48,691 nt of DNA from assembly GCA_003693705.1 (NCBI GenBank), contig RBZT01000618.1, positions 1 to 48,691 on the forward strand, in the 5' to 3' direction. Positions within the stretch are counted from its first letter, which is position 1. Each line of letters opens with the position of its first letter. Made by a program: the position numbers and the translations under genes. Below the pieces are notes generated by a model. The model saw only the letters and a program-made list of their open reading frames with translations. It had not been told where the DNA came from and made no database searches. Positions 30,245 to 42,378 of the stretch are shown piece after piece. Origin of the DNA: Polymyxa betae A26-41 (Eukaryota; Protista; Endomyxa: Phytomyxea).

Positions 30245-32560
30245 ATGTATGCAGGAGACGTCCAGGAGTCGCGTCACCTGTTCGCCTCGAAATCAGAGTA
30301 TGAGGCGCTAATTACACGCCAGACTTCGTTCCCGGCAGTTTCACCTGGTCGTCGGCGTACGGACCGCTTGTCACTCTGGCAGACGTTCGCGTATGCTCTA
30401 CCGGCTTTGGCTTTAGCAGCTCAGTACCTGCCGACTCACATCCATGTGTTCAAATTCTACACTGATGTAATGCTGGTGCCGGCTGGCACTCTTGCTATAG
30501 GGACGGCATTAGCACGAGCTGCTGATTGTATTATCGATCCCATTATTGGATGGATTAGTGATAATACCAGTATGAACTTAATTTTATTTGAGAATCAGCC
30601 CTTCTTTATGAAAGGTTGAGACATTTCAGCGTTTTAATGACCGTTTTCAGATTCGTCGTATGGTCGTCGGAAGCCGTATATAGCATTGTCGTTGCCTGTT
30701 AATGCAATGTGCTACTATCTGCTTTTCACACCTTCGCCTTCAATAAAGCCACGGGCTGCTGCTACCTGGTTCACATTTTTCTTCTTTGTCTATCTTGCCG
30801 TGCCTTTAGCGCTTCCATATTCCAGTCTTGGGCCCGAGCTGACTTCGGATAATAAGACCCGGATTAAAGTACGATTTAGCTGTTTGTTGGTTTTTGTGGT
30901 TGCAAACTGACACGAGCAGATGTACGTGATGGTTGAGATTCTGGACAAAACTGGCATCGTTCTCGCATCCTTGCTGCCAACTTTGCTTCTGAAGACCTAC
31001 AACGACAATGTTAGGGAAGCGTTTTCTCAAACGGCCTTCATCATTTGCGTTATCACTATTATGACGTTCTCCGTCCTGCTAGTGTTTGTCGAGGAACCTC
31101 AACGCCGGATTCAAGACCCTCGACAGGTGGCTTTCTGCCTACCTGTGTAAAATTTTAACATTCTTGAAATCAGGTCAAATCATCACAGTTTGTTCCTGGG
31201 ATACGTCGCGCGATGAGAAACATGCCGTATCGGCAACTTATCTATGCTGCTTCAATTGGCACAATCAGTCATGCTATTACCAATGTGATATTCAACTATT
31301 ACATTGCATGCGTGATTCAGGTGCTGTAGCAGAACATTAAAGTATTCGTGCATGTAATCCTATTTTAGGTCAAAGATCCGGAGAGGTTTGTCGGATATGC
31401 TCTCTGTTTCTTTTTTGTTCCTTCGGCTTTGTCATTACCAATCTGGCACGGGCTCGCTCACATTCTGGATACTCGAAGGGCTTGGCTTTTTGGTACGTCG
31501 TTGGTTATGTATTGATCATGTTCTAATGCACACCAGGATGGATCTTGCATGTTCCCATCTGTATCGGTATGTTCTTTCTTGAGAAGGGCGACGAAACTCT
31601 ATTCTTCATTTTGACCGCGCTGATGGGGGCATCATACGGCAGCCTATTCTTATGCAAAGCGATGGTTTCGGATGCCATCGATTACGATGAAGTGAGTGAA
31701 TTCAGGCAATAACCACATTCGCTGATTGTTGCTTTAGTTGCGAACAGGCTCGCGATCCGAAGGTCAGCTGATAGCTTGGATTACTTTGATACCGAAACTG
31801 GCCGTTATTCCAGCATCTTCGCTACCTCTCGTAGTCCTACAATATACAGGTCATACCATCTGCTGACCGTCGTTTTTTTTCAATTTCCTGTAGGCTATGC
31901 TCCAAACAAACAGAAGCAGAATGAAAGCGTGACAATGGCTTTACGCGTAATGACAAGTTTCGTTCCAGCAGTGCTGTCAACATTGGCCTTCGTATTCGCT
32001 TATAGATATCCTATCACTGGAGAGGTTCAAGAGCGGTGAGTAAATTGAACCATTCGAATCACATTAGTCTGAGATCTGTTCCCAGAATTCAGCGGATGAT
32101 TGCTGCTGATCGGAATCACCATGCTGACGATAGCGTTGCTATAGACCCGATCACCGGCAATCCGTTTGTTAAGCAGCATGCCTTCGCTATGGACATGGAC
32201 CATTTCTCAATAGAAGGTTGGATCCTTTGGCTTCGGTTTCACCAATGATGTTCATGCATGTGATTAGAGCTAAACATTCTGGCTGTCGAAGGTGGATGGG
32301 GCACAGTTCGCCGGCGGATTCTCTTCTCATTGTTGTTATGGATCCTCATAATGATTGGTTCGATAGCGCTGGCGGTCGCTAATCTGACAGAATTAACAAC
32401 AGTGCTATCTACAACTTCTGCATCTGTTTGCGTACTGCTAATGGCGTACCACTGTTTTCGGCTTCGGGCCCTGTACGAATTCGACGACCAGACCCACATC
32501 TCGCTGAAATCTGATATCAATCACCTTCGTCGGATCCGTAGTCAATCTATCATGAAATAG
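30245..32560 (+). CDS. MFS transporter, GPH/MFS_2 (MelB/MFSD2-like) family, multi-exon
   Basis: DCIIDPIIGWISDNT, YGRRKPY, PYSSLGPELTSD..R, MVSDAIDYDE|LRTGSRSEG, plus multiple TM helices. Confidence 0.9.
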
Positions 32561-32652
32561 TGTAGATATGAGTTTTAATTATAAATTAATTTGTAATATA
32601 TCTCGAAATCCCAAACTAATTTTTAAAGCCACGTGACAGTGAATTTTATCCA

Positions 32653-33552
32653 TCATTTATTTATTATCAAGTGTCTAACAATATCATCGACAACAATGCC
32701 TCCAAACTTTGTCCTGGATGGATTCGTAACCAAGATATCCAGATGGCCAACAATTGGACGTGATGGTGTATAGACACAGCGGCGCCATCCCAAGGCGTCA
32801 AGTCGTGTCCTCATTAACTCTTCTGATTCATCCAGATCACATCCAAGTCCTGCTTGGTTCTGGTCATTGATGTCAACTTCCATCAGAAGCGCATCGGTCC
32901 CTTTAAAGATGGCGGCGCGGTAGGGATTATAACGACATATAGCAGCGGTCGGGAATGCAACCGACATGTCGTATCGAGAGCAAGCATACGCGAGCCTACG
33001 ATGAAACAATCGTAGAGCCTCGAGATGATCATCATCAGTCATTCGAATTAATAAAGGATCTTCTCCGTCCAAAAGGAACAGCTCCTGTCCGGTCATTCCA
33101 GCACAGATTCTGGCAACAAAGCAGCCCAGGTTCATCAAGGGAAGCCCAAATATCATCCGGCCATGATGTCTTGAGCCAAGATGGGGTGTAGCAACGGTCA
33201 CGAAAGAGATAGGCTGAAGAGTATTAGGGATGATTCCGTTCTGGTAAAGAAGATAGGAAAGACGCCGAGCAACGAGTCCACCCAGAGATTGCCCAATAAT
33301 AGAGATATATTTCGCATTCGGATGATATTGCAGCTGTTCGGTTAGGAAGTCGTACACCCTCTCGGACTGAGACCCGATACCGGTATGTGTTAAACCCAGG
33401 TTGACAGGAGGCATTAAGATCGTGACATCACTGCCATAATATTGTCGAATAGCAGTGGCCGTACATTCCAGATCGTGCATATGGCCATGTAGCCCATGTA
33501 ATAGAACAACAATATGCTGGGCCAGCATGATTTGCTGCGCGTCCAGATTCAT
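32653..33552 (-). CDS. DUF676 putative serine esterase/lipase, copy A
   Basis: VVLLHGLHG, ISIIGQSLGGLVAR, VATPHLGS, TGQELFL, D..V..TA. Intronless. Confidence 0.9.
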   Translation of the reverse strand: MNLDAQQIMLAQHIVVLLHGLHGHMHDLECTATAIRQYYGSDVTILMPPVNLGLTHTGIGSQSERVYDFLTEQLQYHPNAKYISIIGQSLGGLVARRLSYLLYQNGIIPNTLQPISFVTVATPHLGSRHHGRMIFGLPLMNLGCFVARICAGMTGQELFLLDGEDPLLIRMTDDDHLEALRLFHRRLAYACSRYDMSVAFPTAAICRYNPYRAAIFKGTDALLMEVDINDQNQAGLGCDLDESEELMRTRLDALGWRRCVYTPSRPIVGHLDILVTNPSRTKFGGIVVDDIVRHLIINK

Positions 33553-34339
33553 ACCAGCAGACAGTCGCTGTTGTTACAAAGTCTCATCCAGGCAGGAAAC
33601 GCGGCGCAATTCTCAAGGAAGTCCGCAACAGAGCACATTTCGGTGGGCGTGCAGCCCCATCCCCGTTCCCGCTACAAATATCTTGAAAGCAGATCGCCCT
33701 TACGGTACGGCAGTACCGGAAGCCATGCGAACGTACCGCTCGTAGACCTGGATGGATTCTGTGATTCCGCACCAATGATTTAAGCGATGTGTGAGGACAG
33801 TGACCTGTTCCTCTTCGAGCTGAGGAACCAGACTCATCGAGGCACCAATATCGGCATTGCAGTGCTGTCTGCGCATGCTCACTCAAGGCAATCACCACTA
33901 TGCACAATTTCATTGTGAAAGGCATGTGTGCTCCTCTACTGGAATGCAGTATGGATGAAGACTTCCAATTAATAGGACATGCTTGAAAATTTTGTTGGAA
34001 GGAGTTTGTGAGATTATCATACAGAAAGATAGAACTGTGAATAACTTAATGTCTTGATGATAAATTCTCAAATAAAACAGATACAGCGTCGTGATCTGGA
34101 TCAAGTGTTTCGTTTCAGGAAAACCACGAACACACTCCTCTCAGGGCCTTTCTTCAGGGCGGGAGCGGCTGCTCGCTTGCTTGAATCTTTGAACTCGATG
34201 CAAACCCAACAGTTTGTACAACGCCGCCGTTTATACATCGCTGATCCCGACCTGATGCAGTGTTGCTGCTGCTCTGCAAATACAAACAACCAATGGAGAC
34301 CTCTTGAACGTGCAGAATTGAGACTCGGTATGTATGCAT

Positions 34340-35218
34340 TTAGACAATATTTAAACATTGAACAATATCATTAATTACAACAGCTCCATGTTCAGCTCTA
34401 GATGAACTTGTCACCATTATCTCAAAATGACCAAAGAATCTTTTCGTGGGTGTGAATACAACCCGACGCCATTCCAATGTATCCAGACGAGATCGGATCG
34501 CTTCTTCTTCTGCATCCAGGCTAGATTGGATCCCTTTCTGACCATCATCCAGGAACTCAATCAACGATCCTGGAGCGCTCTGATGAAATGTGTTCAGGCG
34601 ACAGATGGCGGCCGTCGTGAACCCGACCGATAGATCATGTCGCGAGCAGGCGTAAGCGATTCGATGTCGGAACTGTCGTAGAGCATCGAGATGATCATCA
34701 TTCGTCATTTGGATCAGTAATGAATCGGGCCCATCTGATAAGAACAGCTGTCTGCCAGTTTGGCCAAGAAAGACGCCAGCAACAATAGCAGCGAATGAAG
34801 TGAAATGAACGCCAAAACCAAGTCGAGAATGATGTCTGGAACCAAGGTTAGGAGTAGCGACTGTTATCAAAGAGATTGGTGTGAGACGATTTGGAATGAT
34901 TTTGTTCTGATAGAGCAGATATGATAGATGACGAGCTATAAGACCCCCTAAAGAGAATCCAATAATCGAGATGTATTTAGCATTCTGATAGCTGTTCAGC
35001 TGTTCGATCAAATAATCGTAAAGACGTTGTGATTGTGATCCGATGCCAGAATGTGTTAATCCATGATTGATAGTTGGTGATAGAACAATGACATGTTGAT
35101 CATAACGAGTTCGAATGGCATTGGCAGCGTACTCCAGATCGGCAACGGTTCCATTCACCCCATGAACTAACAGAACAATATAATGACCGATAAACTGATC
35201 CGAATTGTCGTTATGCAT
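34340..35218 (-). CDS. DUF676 putative serine esterase/lipase, copy B
   Basis: VLLVHGVNG, ISIIGFSLGGLIAR, VATPNLGS, TGRQLFL. Colinear paralog of copy A. Confidence 0.9.
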   Translation of the reverse strand: MHNDNSDQFIGHYIVLLVHGVNGTVADLEYAANAIRTRYDQHVIVLSPTINHGLTHSGIGSQSQRLYDYLIEQLNSYQNAKYISIIGFSLGGLIARHLSYLLYQNKIIPNRLTPISLITVATPNLGSRHHSRLGFGVHFTSFAAIVAGVFLGQTGRQLFLSDGPDSLLIQMTNDDHLDALRQFRHRIAYACSRHDLSVGFTTAAICRLNTFHQSAPGSLIEFLDDGQKGIQSSLDAEEEAIRSRLDTLEWRRVVFTPTKRFFGHFEIMVTSSSRAEHGAVVINDIVQCLNIV

Positions 35219-35305
35219 TGACAGTAAAATTTGTAATCAAAAGAGAAACGGAAGTCGCTATCAGCCTGTAACAGTTATCATGACCTCATGATTGATCCAA
35301 TCATC

Positions 35306-37615
35306 TTAATCTAATGTCACGCACTGTTTTCTGCGTGAAAGGTTTTTCCAAAAATCCAGATTCTTTTGCCGTTCGGCTTTACCTGTAAAATCCAAGAGTG
35401 CACTGCAGCGATTCGGGTGCATGACTACTTCGATGCTGTTTAACGATTTGGGGGGCTGGTACTGAATAGGTACATAGCTGAAATTGATGGATGTTTCGAT
35501 ACGGCCGCGTTGAGAGCATGCATCTCGTTCAGTGACGCCTTTCATGTAAATAATCTTGAATTTGAAAAAGAGCAGCGTAAAAATGCTGGCTGTTAAGTCA
35601 AGGGCATATGGCACTTTACCTAAGGGGAATTCAGAATAGAAAATACTTGGCCTGGCGTTCAGCATTCTTTTAAATTACGAATATTGAAAATGGCGCATAT
35701 GAAGGCGATTGAATGTTAAAGGGCTTATTAGCGAAGTCCAGTTTAAAGCTGAAGCAAGTGTATCCATCATGCATATGTCGTGGCGAACAGTTTACTCTTA
35801 TGGTGTATCTCAACAGTATACTACACATTGCTGGGCTTGTCGATCCGCAAAAGAAACAGAAAAATGGAGAATATGTTGCTAAAATGTTGGCTAATGGACA
35901 TGCATTTGTATATGTAGATATAGAAATAAGGTTGATAACAGCCTTGAACGGTCGTCAGAATAAATGTACAGAAAGCGTTACTAATCTCGTGGCGGTTCTT
36001 TATAATCGGGCAGAAGTTCCTGCATAATAACATTGCTGTAAAAGCTTCATCAATAAATCGTCTGGAATCAAAAACACAAACATTCAGCCAACCTTTGATG
36101 GACATTTTCACTAAGTTCAACGACACGGTTCTTGATTGACTGAAGCGCCTCCAAACTAGTCGCTTGCTGGGCATCCACAAGCTTTCCGACGATCTGCTCT
36201 AAAGTAGCAACACGTTCGGTAAGAGATGACAAAACCTATTGGAGTTCAGAAACGACTTTAGAGGCGGGCGTCGTTCATGAAGTACCTCGTGGAACTGGCT
36301 CACATCAACATTGTTGCTGGAGCTATTCACGACAGATGGCGACGATAACGACAACGATGGACGTCCACGTTTGGCAGGTGTGAATGTTCCATCAGGTCGC
36401 ATAGTCATATTACGAATCGGAGTTAAATGTTGTAAGAATCGCATATAACATGCACGTAAGGCAGTGGGCGTTACTTCCAGATTCAGCTGAGCGGCAGCTT
36501 GTACCCAGATATCATTCATGCTCGTAGCTGTTGATGATAGATCTTGAACTGCTTGGAACAGAGCGTACAGATCGACGGGTTCTAAACAAAAAAGATTTCG
36601 GAATCATTAACAGGACAAAGCAAATTCAGAAACATTGTGAACGAAAGCTTGGCATGCAAGCAGCGAGACAAGTTGTAAACCTGCACAGAAACAAGTCTCA
36701 AATTCTTACGCTTTAAGGGTCCAATTTTAGGGAACGACCTGGTCAATTGACCTTTCTGTAAAAGCTTGTTCTGTAGCGTCTTGTACCATTCCTTCCTCTC
36801 ATCATTTTCGATGAATGGTTTCGGGACGATCCAGAATATGGATTCCACAGACGGATGACTATTTGGTTCGTCATTATCTGTGTTCGATACACGATCAGTA
36901 AGTATAAAAGATATTGTTATAGCAACATACCCTGGAACGAATACGTTCTGGATTGTTGGGGGAGTTGTGGCAATATTGATTGAATCTTTTTCAGATCTTC
37001 CTGCTGTTGCAGCTCTTGTTCTGGAGTTGGTAGTGATAATCTCCGATAAGGGATAATACGATGTAGCTTCGAGCCCCAATAATCGTCTTCTTCATCACAG
37101 CCCTGATCCGAACATGTCCATTGTGATGAAAGTTCATTGATCGATCCAACAATCTGTCGCCATTTACGACATCGATCACACTGAACTAGAGGCGGCCTGG
37201 CCTTCGTCATAGGCAGATCGGCAGCATGTAAGGTAGGTAACTGATGTGATGATGGTCGTACTGCCTTCCGAGGTAACGGAGGAGGAGGAACTGAGAACTC
37301 TTCGATCGTGATGCCATCGACGTCGACAACTTTATCAGGGACGGCCTTGACAGGTTCAGGTTCATCAACAGCATCAGCTTCGTCATTGATATTTTCAACC
37401 ATCTTAATGTCAGCTGGTTCGTTAGGTGTGTCGAAAACGCTGTCAGCGACTCCTTCGAAAACGCTCTGGGGATTGTCGAAAATGCTTTCTCCGACAAAGG
37501 CGCTGGCGAACTTCGCTGCGTAAACAGGATCGGAAGTATGTCGCTGAGCGTGATGCGCCTGAACTATGCTGGCAGCAACGGCCCAATCCGGTGTAGTATT
37601 GTCCAGATCGGCCAT
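35306..37615 (-). CDS. Chromatin protein with CW-type zinc finger, ARID domain and AT-hook; 3' end uncertain
   Basis: VQCDRCRKWR..WTC..C (zf-CW). Spliced PKIGPLK|QPVDLYALFQAV..IWVQAAAQL..ALRACYMRFL (ARID). KRGRP (AT-hook). Confidence 0.8.
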
Positions 37616-38040
37616 GCTAGCAGTTTAATCAGGAGTCTGATTAAATAAAAAGAAATGAGAAATTGATGGATTTTGTTTGAAGACAGTTGATCATCGACCA
37701 TAGACAAAGATTGCGACACTGCGCACTTTATTCTCATGGCTATTTCACATTTTGCATTAGAAGTCGTGGGCGAGCAGAGACTCCCGATAATCCTTGATTT
37801 CCAATAAAAGTTATAAATAGGTTCATTTCGCATGAAGGCAATGATACTGGTGAGGACCTGGCTGTAGCAATTCTTGGATAAATTCACGTCATCGTAATTG
37901 ATTAAGTAAACGAAGGGATATCTGCAACATATTTATTGATGCTTGCATACTGGCATGTCAGCAAATAGAGAATTTCTACTTTAAAAAAATCCCAACCTGT
38001 AAGCTACAGAGAACTATCTCCAACAACAGTAAAGCGCCAC

Positions 38041-38335
38041 GACTTCGGTCATACTGTCCGTCCGAATCAATCACCCTGAATCTGATGGTAAACCAGGGGA
38101 TTCTTGCTGGTATAATTAGCAGGGTTATAATGGGCAGAATCTTCGAGGAGACTTTTGCTTACAGCTCTGCCGCCAATGGCCTGCGTCGTTCAGCCGACCT
38201 CGACCCAAGGACGGATCCCCCGGGGGGGGGGCAGTACGGGCGGGCTGCGCCCTCTTCCGGATCTAAATCATTGCTGAAAGCACGGCCGACCCGCCAACCG
38301 CCCATCATCGACCAGCGCGGACCAGCATTCCCACC
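38041..38335 (+). ncRNA. Candidate structured non-coding RNA or structured 5' leader, family not recognised
   Basis: C(UUCG)G hairpin, several stems with G-U wobbles that only pair on the + strand, a possible pseudoknot and a long-range closing helix (see findings). Confidence 0.35.
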
Positions 38336-38341
38336 TTAGCC

Positions 38342-38856
38342 ATGGACCAGCACATGTTACAGCGTGTCCAAGAGGCGTATCAGACAGAATATAATAATTT
38401 CCAGTCATTCGCAGCACCATTACAGGCTCTGGCAAAATCCAAGGCCCAATATCTAGCTCAAATACAAGAGACAACCGATGTTCTTAATGAGTTTGAAATC
38501 ACATTTATTCTATCAACACATAGTAATTGAATTTTTATCAGGCTAAACCTAGTAAAGGACGAATCTGATGGCAATGTCTATAAAATGTATGGTCCTGTTC
38601 TTGTGAAACAGGTTAGCTTAAGGACCTCCCATTGCTGCCTTTTTCTAAGAGATTTCAGGATCTGGATGAGGCTAAGACGAACGTAAGAACGAGGTTGGGA
38701 TTCATGCAGGAACAGCTCGATAAAATCGACAAGGACATCACCTCGAAACAGGCTGAAATGGATAAATCTAAGCAGAAGATGGCACAGATTCAAACATTGT
38801 TTAACAACGCCACGAACGAGTTAAAAGCTCGGGCTGCCGAACAACAGAAGGCGTAA
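38342..38856 (+). CDS. PFDN6: Prefoldin subunit 6, three exons
   Basis: VLNE|LNLVKDESDGNVYKMYGPVLVKQ|DLDEAKTNVRTRLGFM. Confidence 0.92.
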
Positions 38857-39192
38857 TAAAACCCGGCAGAAGGCGTTATTTGTTTATTGGCACTCAAGAT
38901 CGTTTTTTTACATTGGACTGAACGGTTTCTTGCACTGACCTGTTGATAGCGACAATGTGATCATTAGGTACTGTGCGATCAGTCGTAATCGAATTGTTGT
39001 GGTACTTCACAGCATCATTCGGGTTCTGTTTCCTGTCATCTGAAACCGATTAGCGATTCGATTGAGGCTGATTAGATTCTAGTCGTCGAGACCTCCATAT
39101 CGGTCGACTTTGCATTCATCGAGTATTATTCCTCGTTACCATCCAGGTCTGGAAGGGGAGTCCTCCTCAAAAGACGTTGAAATCGACTTCAC

Positions 39193-40633
39193 ATGGCTAG
39201 CAAGTTCTCGTTCTGGCCATTGAAGACGAAGAAATCGCCCAAAGCGAAGAAGTCCTCCAATCTTGTTGCTGATCCAACAGATATGCTGAAACCTGATGCG
39301 GAACCTTCGATCTCGTCGTCGTCAATGTCATTATCAAGTTTGACCATTGCTGAAGAGGTAATTAATTGATTTTATTTCTAATTTCAACTATGACCAGTTT
39401 TATGATGGCACATGACCTAATGATCGTCTCCCAATCATGAAAATATCTTTCCAAACTCGGCTGGATTTTTCGCTAAATGGAACTTTTGGCGCTGGTTTCC
39501 GACTTTTTCGAACTAATGAGTAAACACCTGACACAGCGCCCTTTCCGATCTGTTGGAAGCGCGACACAAACCGGGTTTGTGGCATTCAATCCAGGCAAGA
39601 TCAATCAGGATCGACACGTCTGTCTCGTGGATTTTGGTGGCAGCCCTCATCATGCCATCTTTGCTGTGTATGTATCAAGAGATTTTATCTGTTTTACCAG
39701 TCTGATAATCGAATGTAGGTTCGATGGTCATGGAGCTAGCGGCCATGACGTCAGCGAATTCGTTGCTCGGGTTTTACCATTGAATCTGATCGGGCTGGTC
39801 AGCGATTGTGATATTCATGAATGCCTTCGGTCGGGATTCCTTCAAACGGTGACGACATTAAGCCGCTGTGAATAACGAATGCTGACCTAATCGACAGGCA
39901 GATGCCCTAGAAAGCAACAGGAAGATCAATTCAGCATTCTCTGGGACGACCGCTGTCTTAACATACTTGACAAAAGAGTTTATTTTTACTGCCAATGCCG
40001 GTGATTCACGGGCTGTTTTGGGCCGAATCGAACCAGATGGATTGCTTTCAGCTCTCCCTCTAAGTAAGGATCAGAAACCTGACAGGGAAGATGAGAAAGC
40101 CAGGTTCGATCGCTGTTGCGATCAGATTCGCAATGCTGATGGCCTTTCTAGGATCCTCCGTAATCGAGGTCGGGTACAACCTTGCCGGGGAACGTTGGGA
40201 GAGCCGATTGGACCACCCCGTATATGGCTTCCGAATCAGGATGTCCCGGGGCTCGCCATGACCAGGTCGTTTGGTGATACGATAGCCAAATCCATTGGTG
40301 TGAATGCAGAACCTGAAGTATGGAATTTGTTGGGACTTTCTATATAACGAATTTATGAAAGCATTTGACAGGTTGAAAAGATCCCACGACATAAAAGCGA
40401 TAGATATCTGATTGTAGCATCTGATGGAGTTTGGGAGTTTATTTCCAGTCAGGTTAGTATGTTGAATTCGTTAGCAGAAATGCTGACCGATATCTTAGGA
40501 AGCGGTCGAGATCGTTAGCAAATGCGCGTCTGCTCCAGAGGCATGCTTAGCCTTACAAAAGGAAAGCATTAAAAGATGGAAAGCTGAAGAGGATGTTATA
40601 GACGACATCACATCGATTGTCGTGTTTTTATGA
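39193..40633 (+). CDS. Protein phosphatase 2C (PPM family), multi-exon
   Basis: KINQD, FDGHG, SGTT, ANAGDSRAVL, GLAMTRSFGD, IVASDGVWEF, DDITSIVVF. Confidence 0.95.
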
Positions 40634-40798
40634 GACGCCTTAAGCCCGGAACCTCCATCCCGTTAAAGTTTCTCCTTCAGTTTTAGAGCCCAGAAGTTCG
40701 GTGTTACTATTATTAAATATTTAGTTCGAATTTTGTGAACTCTGAAGGTAGTCTAAGCGCTAATGTGATCATTACCGCATCAGCAGAAACGGGCATGT

Positions 40799-42166
40799 TT
40801 AATCTGCCTTCCTTATATTGTCTGGGATTGTCAGTCCGATATAGGCAACACCGAGTTCGAACGAATCGATTGGCCAATAAGCCAACCTAGGCTTAAGATC
40901 CGGTCTCTCCTTCAATGCCACATAATAGGCTAGATTCAGGGTCAGTTTCAAGATACAGCTAGGAAGTAGGAATGCAACAAAACGTAGGATGTAGAAACAT
41001 GCTGATAGAATATATCGAGCAATAACGACCAAGTGGATAGTGCGAGATTAAATAGCAACCGCTGGCGCGTTTACAACAGGTAAATGCATTCCAAAACCGA
41101 TCGACAAAACACTTACCGCCGATGACGACCCCGGTATAAGATGCAATTGAGATTAAGATATGCCATAATGCATGGAATTGTGGATAAGGAATTGTTAGGA
41201 ATTGGGTCCAAAGCTCGCAGAAGATACGATCATTGACCCAGCATGTCAAAGCGAGGAGCCAACTAAAAGTTCCATTATGATATAAGATGATATGACCATG
41301 TAAATACTTACAGGAATGCCGACAAAAATATCTGACGAACACATCGCCAATCATTTGTCGAAATAGCGAAATGGAAAATGAAAGACTGTCAATTCAGCAA
41401 GCACAAACGTAAGTTGTGACATCAATTGCAGAAGCAAACTATCTTAAATCTGTGCTTTTGCAAAGAAACCCGTTTAAATAAATGACTTACAAGAGCAGGA
41501 AGTGATCCAAAAAACAAAATAAACGCGTTCAGTATCGGAGCAACGAACATGAGCGACGACGAGAATATGGTTGCAAGGACCACGGCCAGCTTCAGGCGAA
41601 GTCTAGACCGACGAAATATACAATAATCCAGAGATTGTGTTGGTATAGCTAATGGTACACAAGCAGCCATTGCCCAAAGAATAGCCATTTCATCAATTAG
41701 CTGTCCTGAGGAAAAGCAACGCTCAGTGTTGACGTATGTTTTTAGCAACAGGCTTACCGGAATAGCTTAATGTTGCATGAAAATAACCAGATCCGATCCC
41801 CACAACTGCCAGCAAAACCCAAACCTGAATGTCATCAAAAGGGAATCTCGGGAGATGAAGAAATTTGCCAAAACTGACTATATTAATATCGCTGTTAATA
41901 TGCTTGCTGAAAGGCCTTGATAAGTAGATATGAAATAGCGGAATGAAGACCAGCAATACGTTTGACAAGGTATTGAAATATTCCTGAAACAAGCTCGATA
42001 AATGTGTTAGAAATCGTTAACCGAGATCTCACTGCAATATACCTAAAAGCTGTCAAGTCCCCAACAGTCTTCACACAAGACCCACTCACTGCGAATATTC
42101 GTAATTCTGTTCGCACCAATCGACCTCTGACGTGTTTCGTCCCCAGATCTGGGCGGTGCTCTTCAT
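40799..42166 (-). CDS. Alkaline ceramidase (CREST family), multi-exon
   Basis: TSEVDWCEQNY, EYFNTLSN, GSGYFHATLS, QLIDE, HALWH. Confidence 0.93.
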
Positions 42167-42378
42167 TATCCGTATCGAGGCTTTTCGGTATGAACGCCTC
42201 TCGGAGGCAACAATTAGATTTCGAAATGATAAACAGGGTGACTCCTGAAACCTTATTTTGTGCCCGCAGATAGAAGGCTGCAATCATATGAGCAGTAACG
42301 TTACTGTCACTTGCATGTCTCACTATCAGGCAGACCTCTATTTACATCACTTCATAACAACAATCCTGCTATACGTCC

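Noticed and set aside
38140-38270. RNase MRP (AAAAGTCTCC on -), SRP helix 8 or HDV-like ribozyme assignment
   Set aside because: The partner P4 strand, the SRP symmetric loop and the HDV P1/L3 consensus could not be completed, and the G-U pattern favours the + strand.
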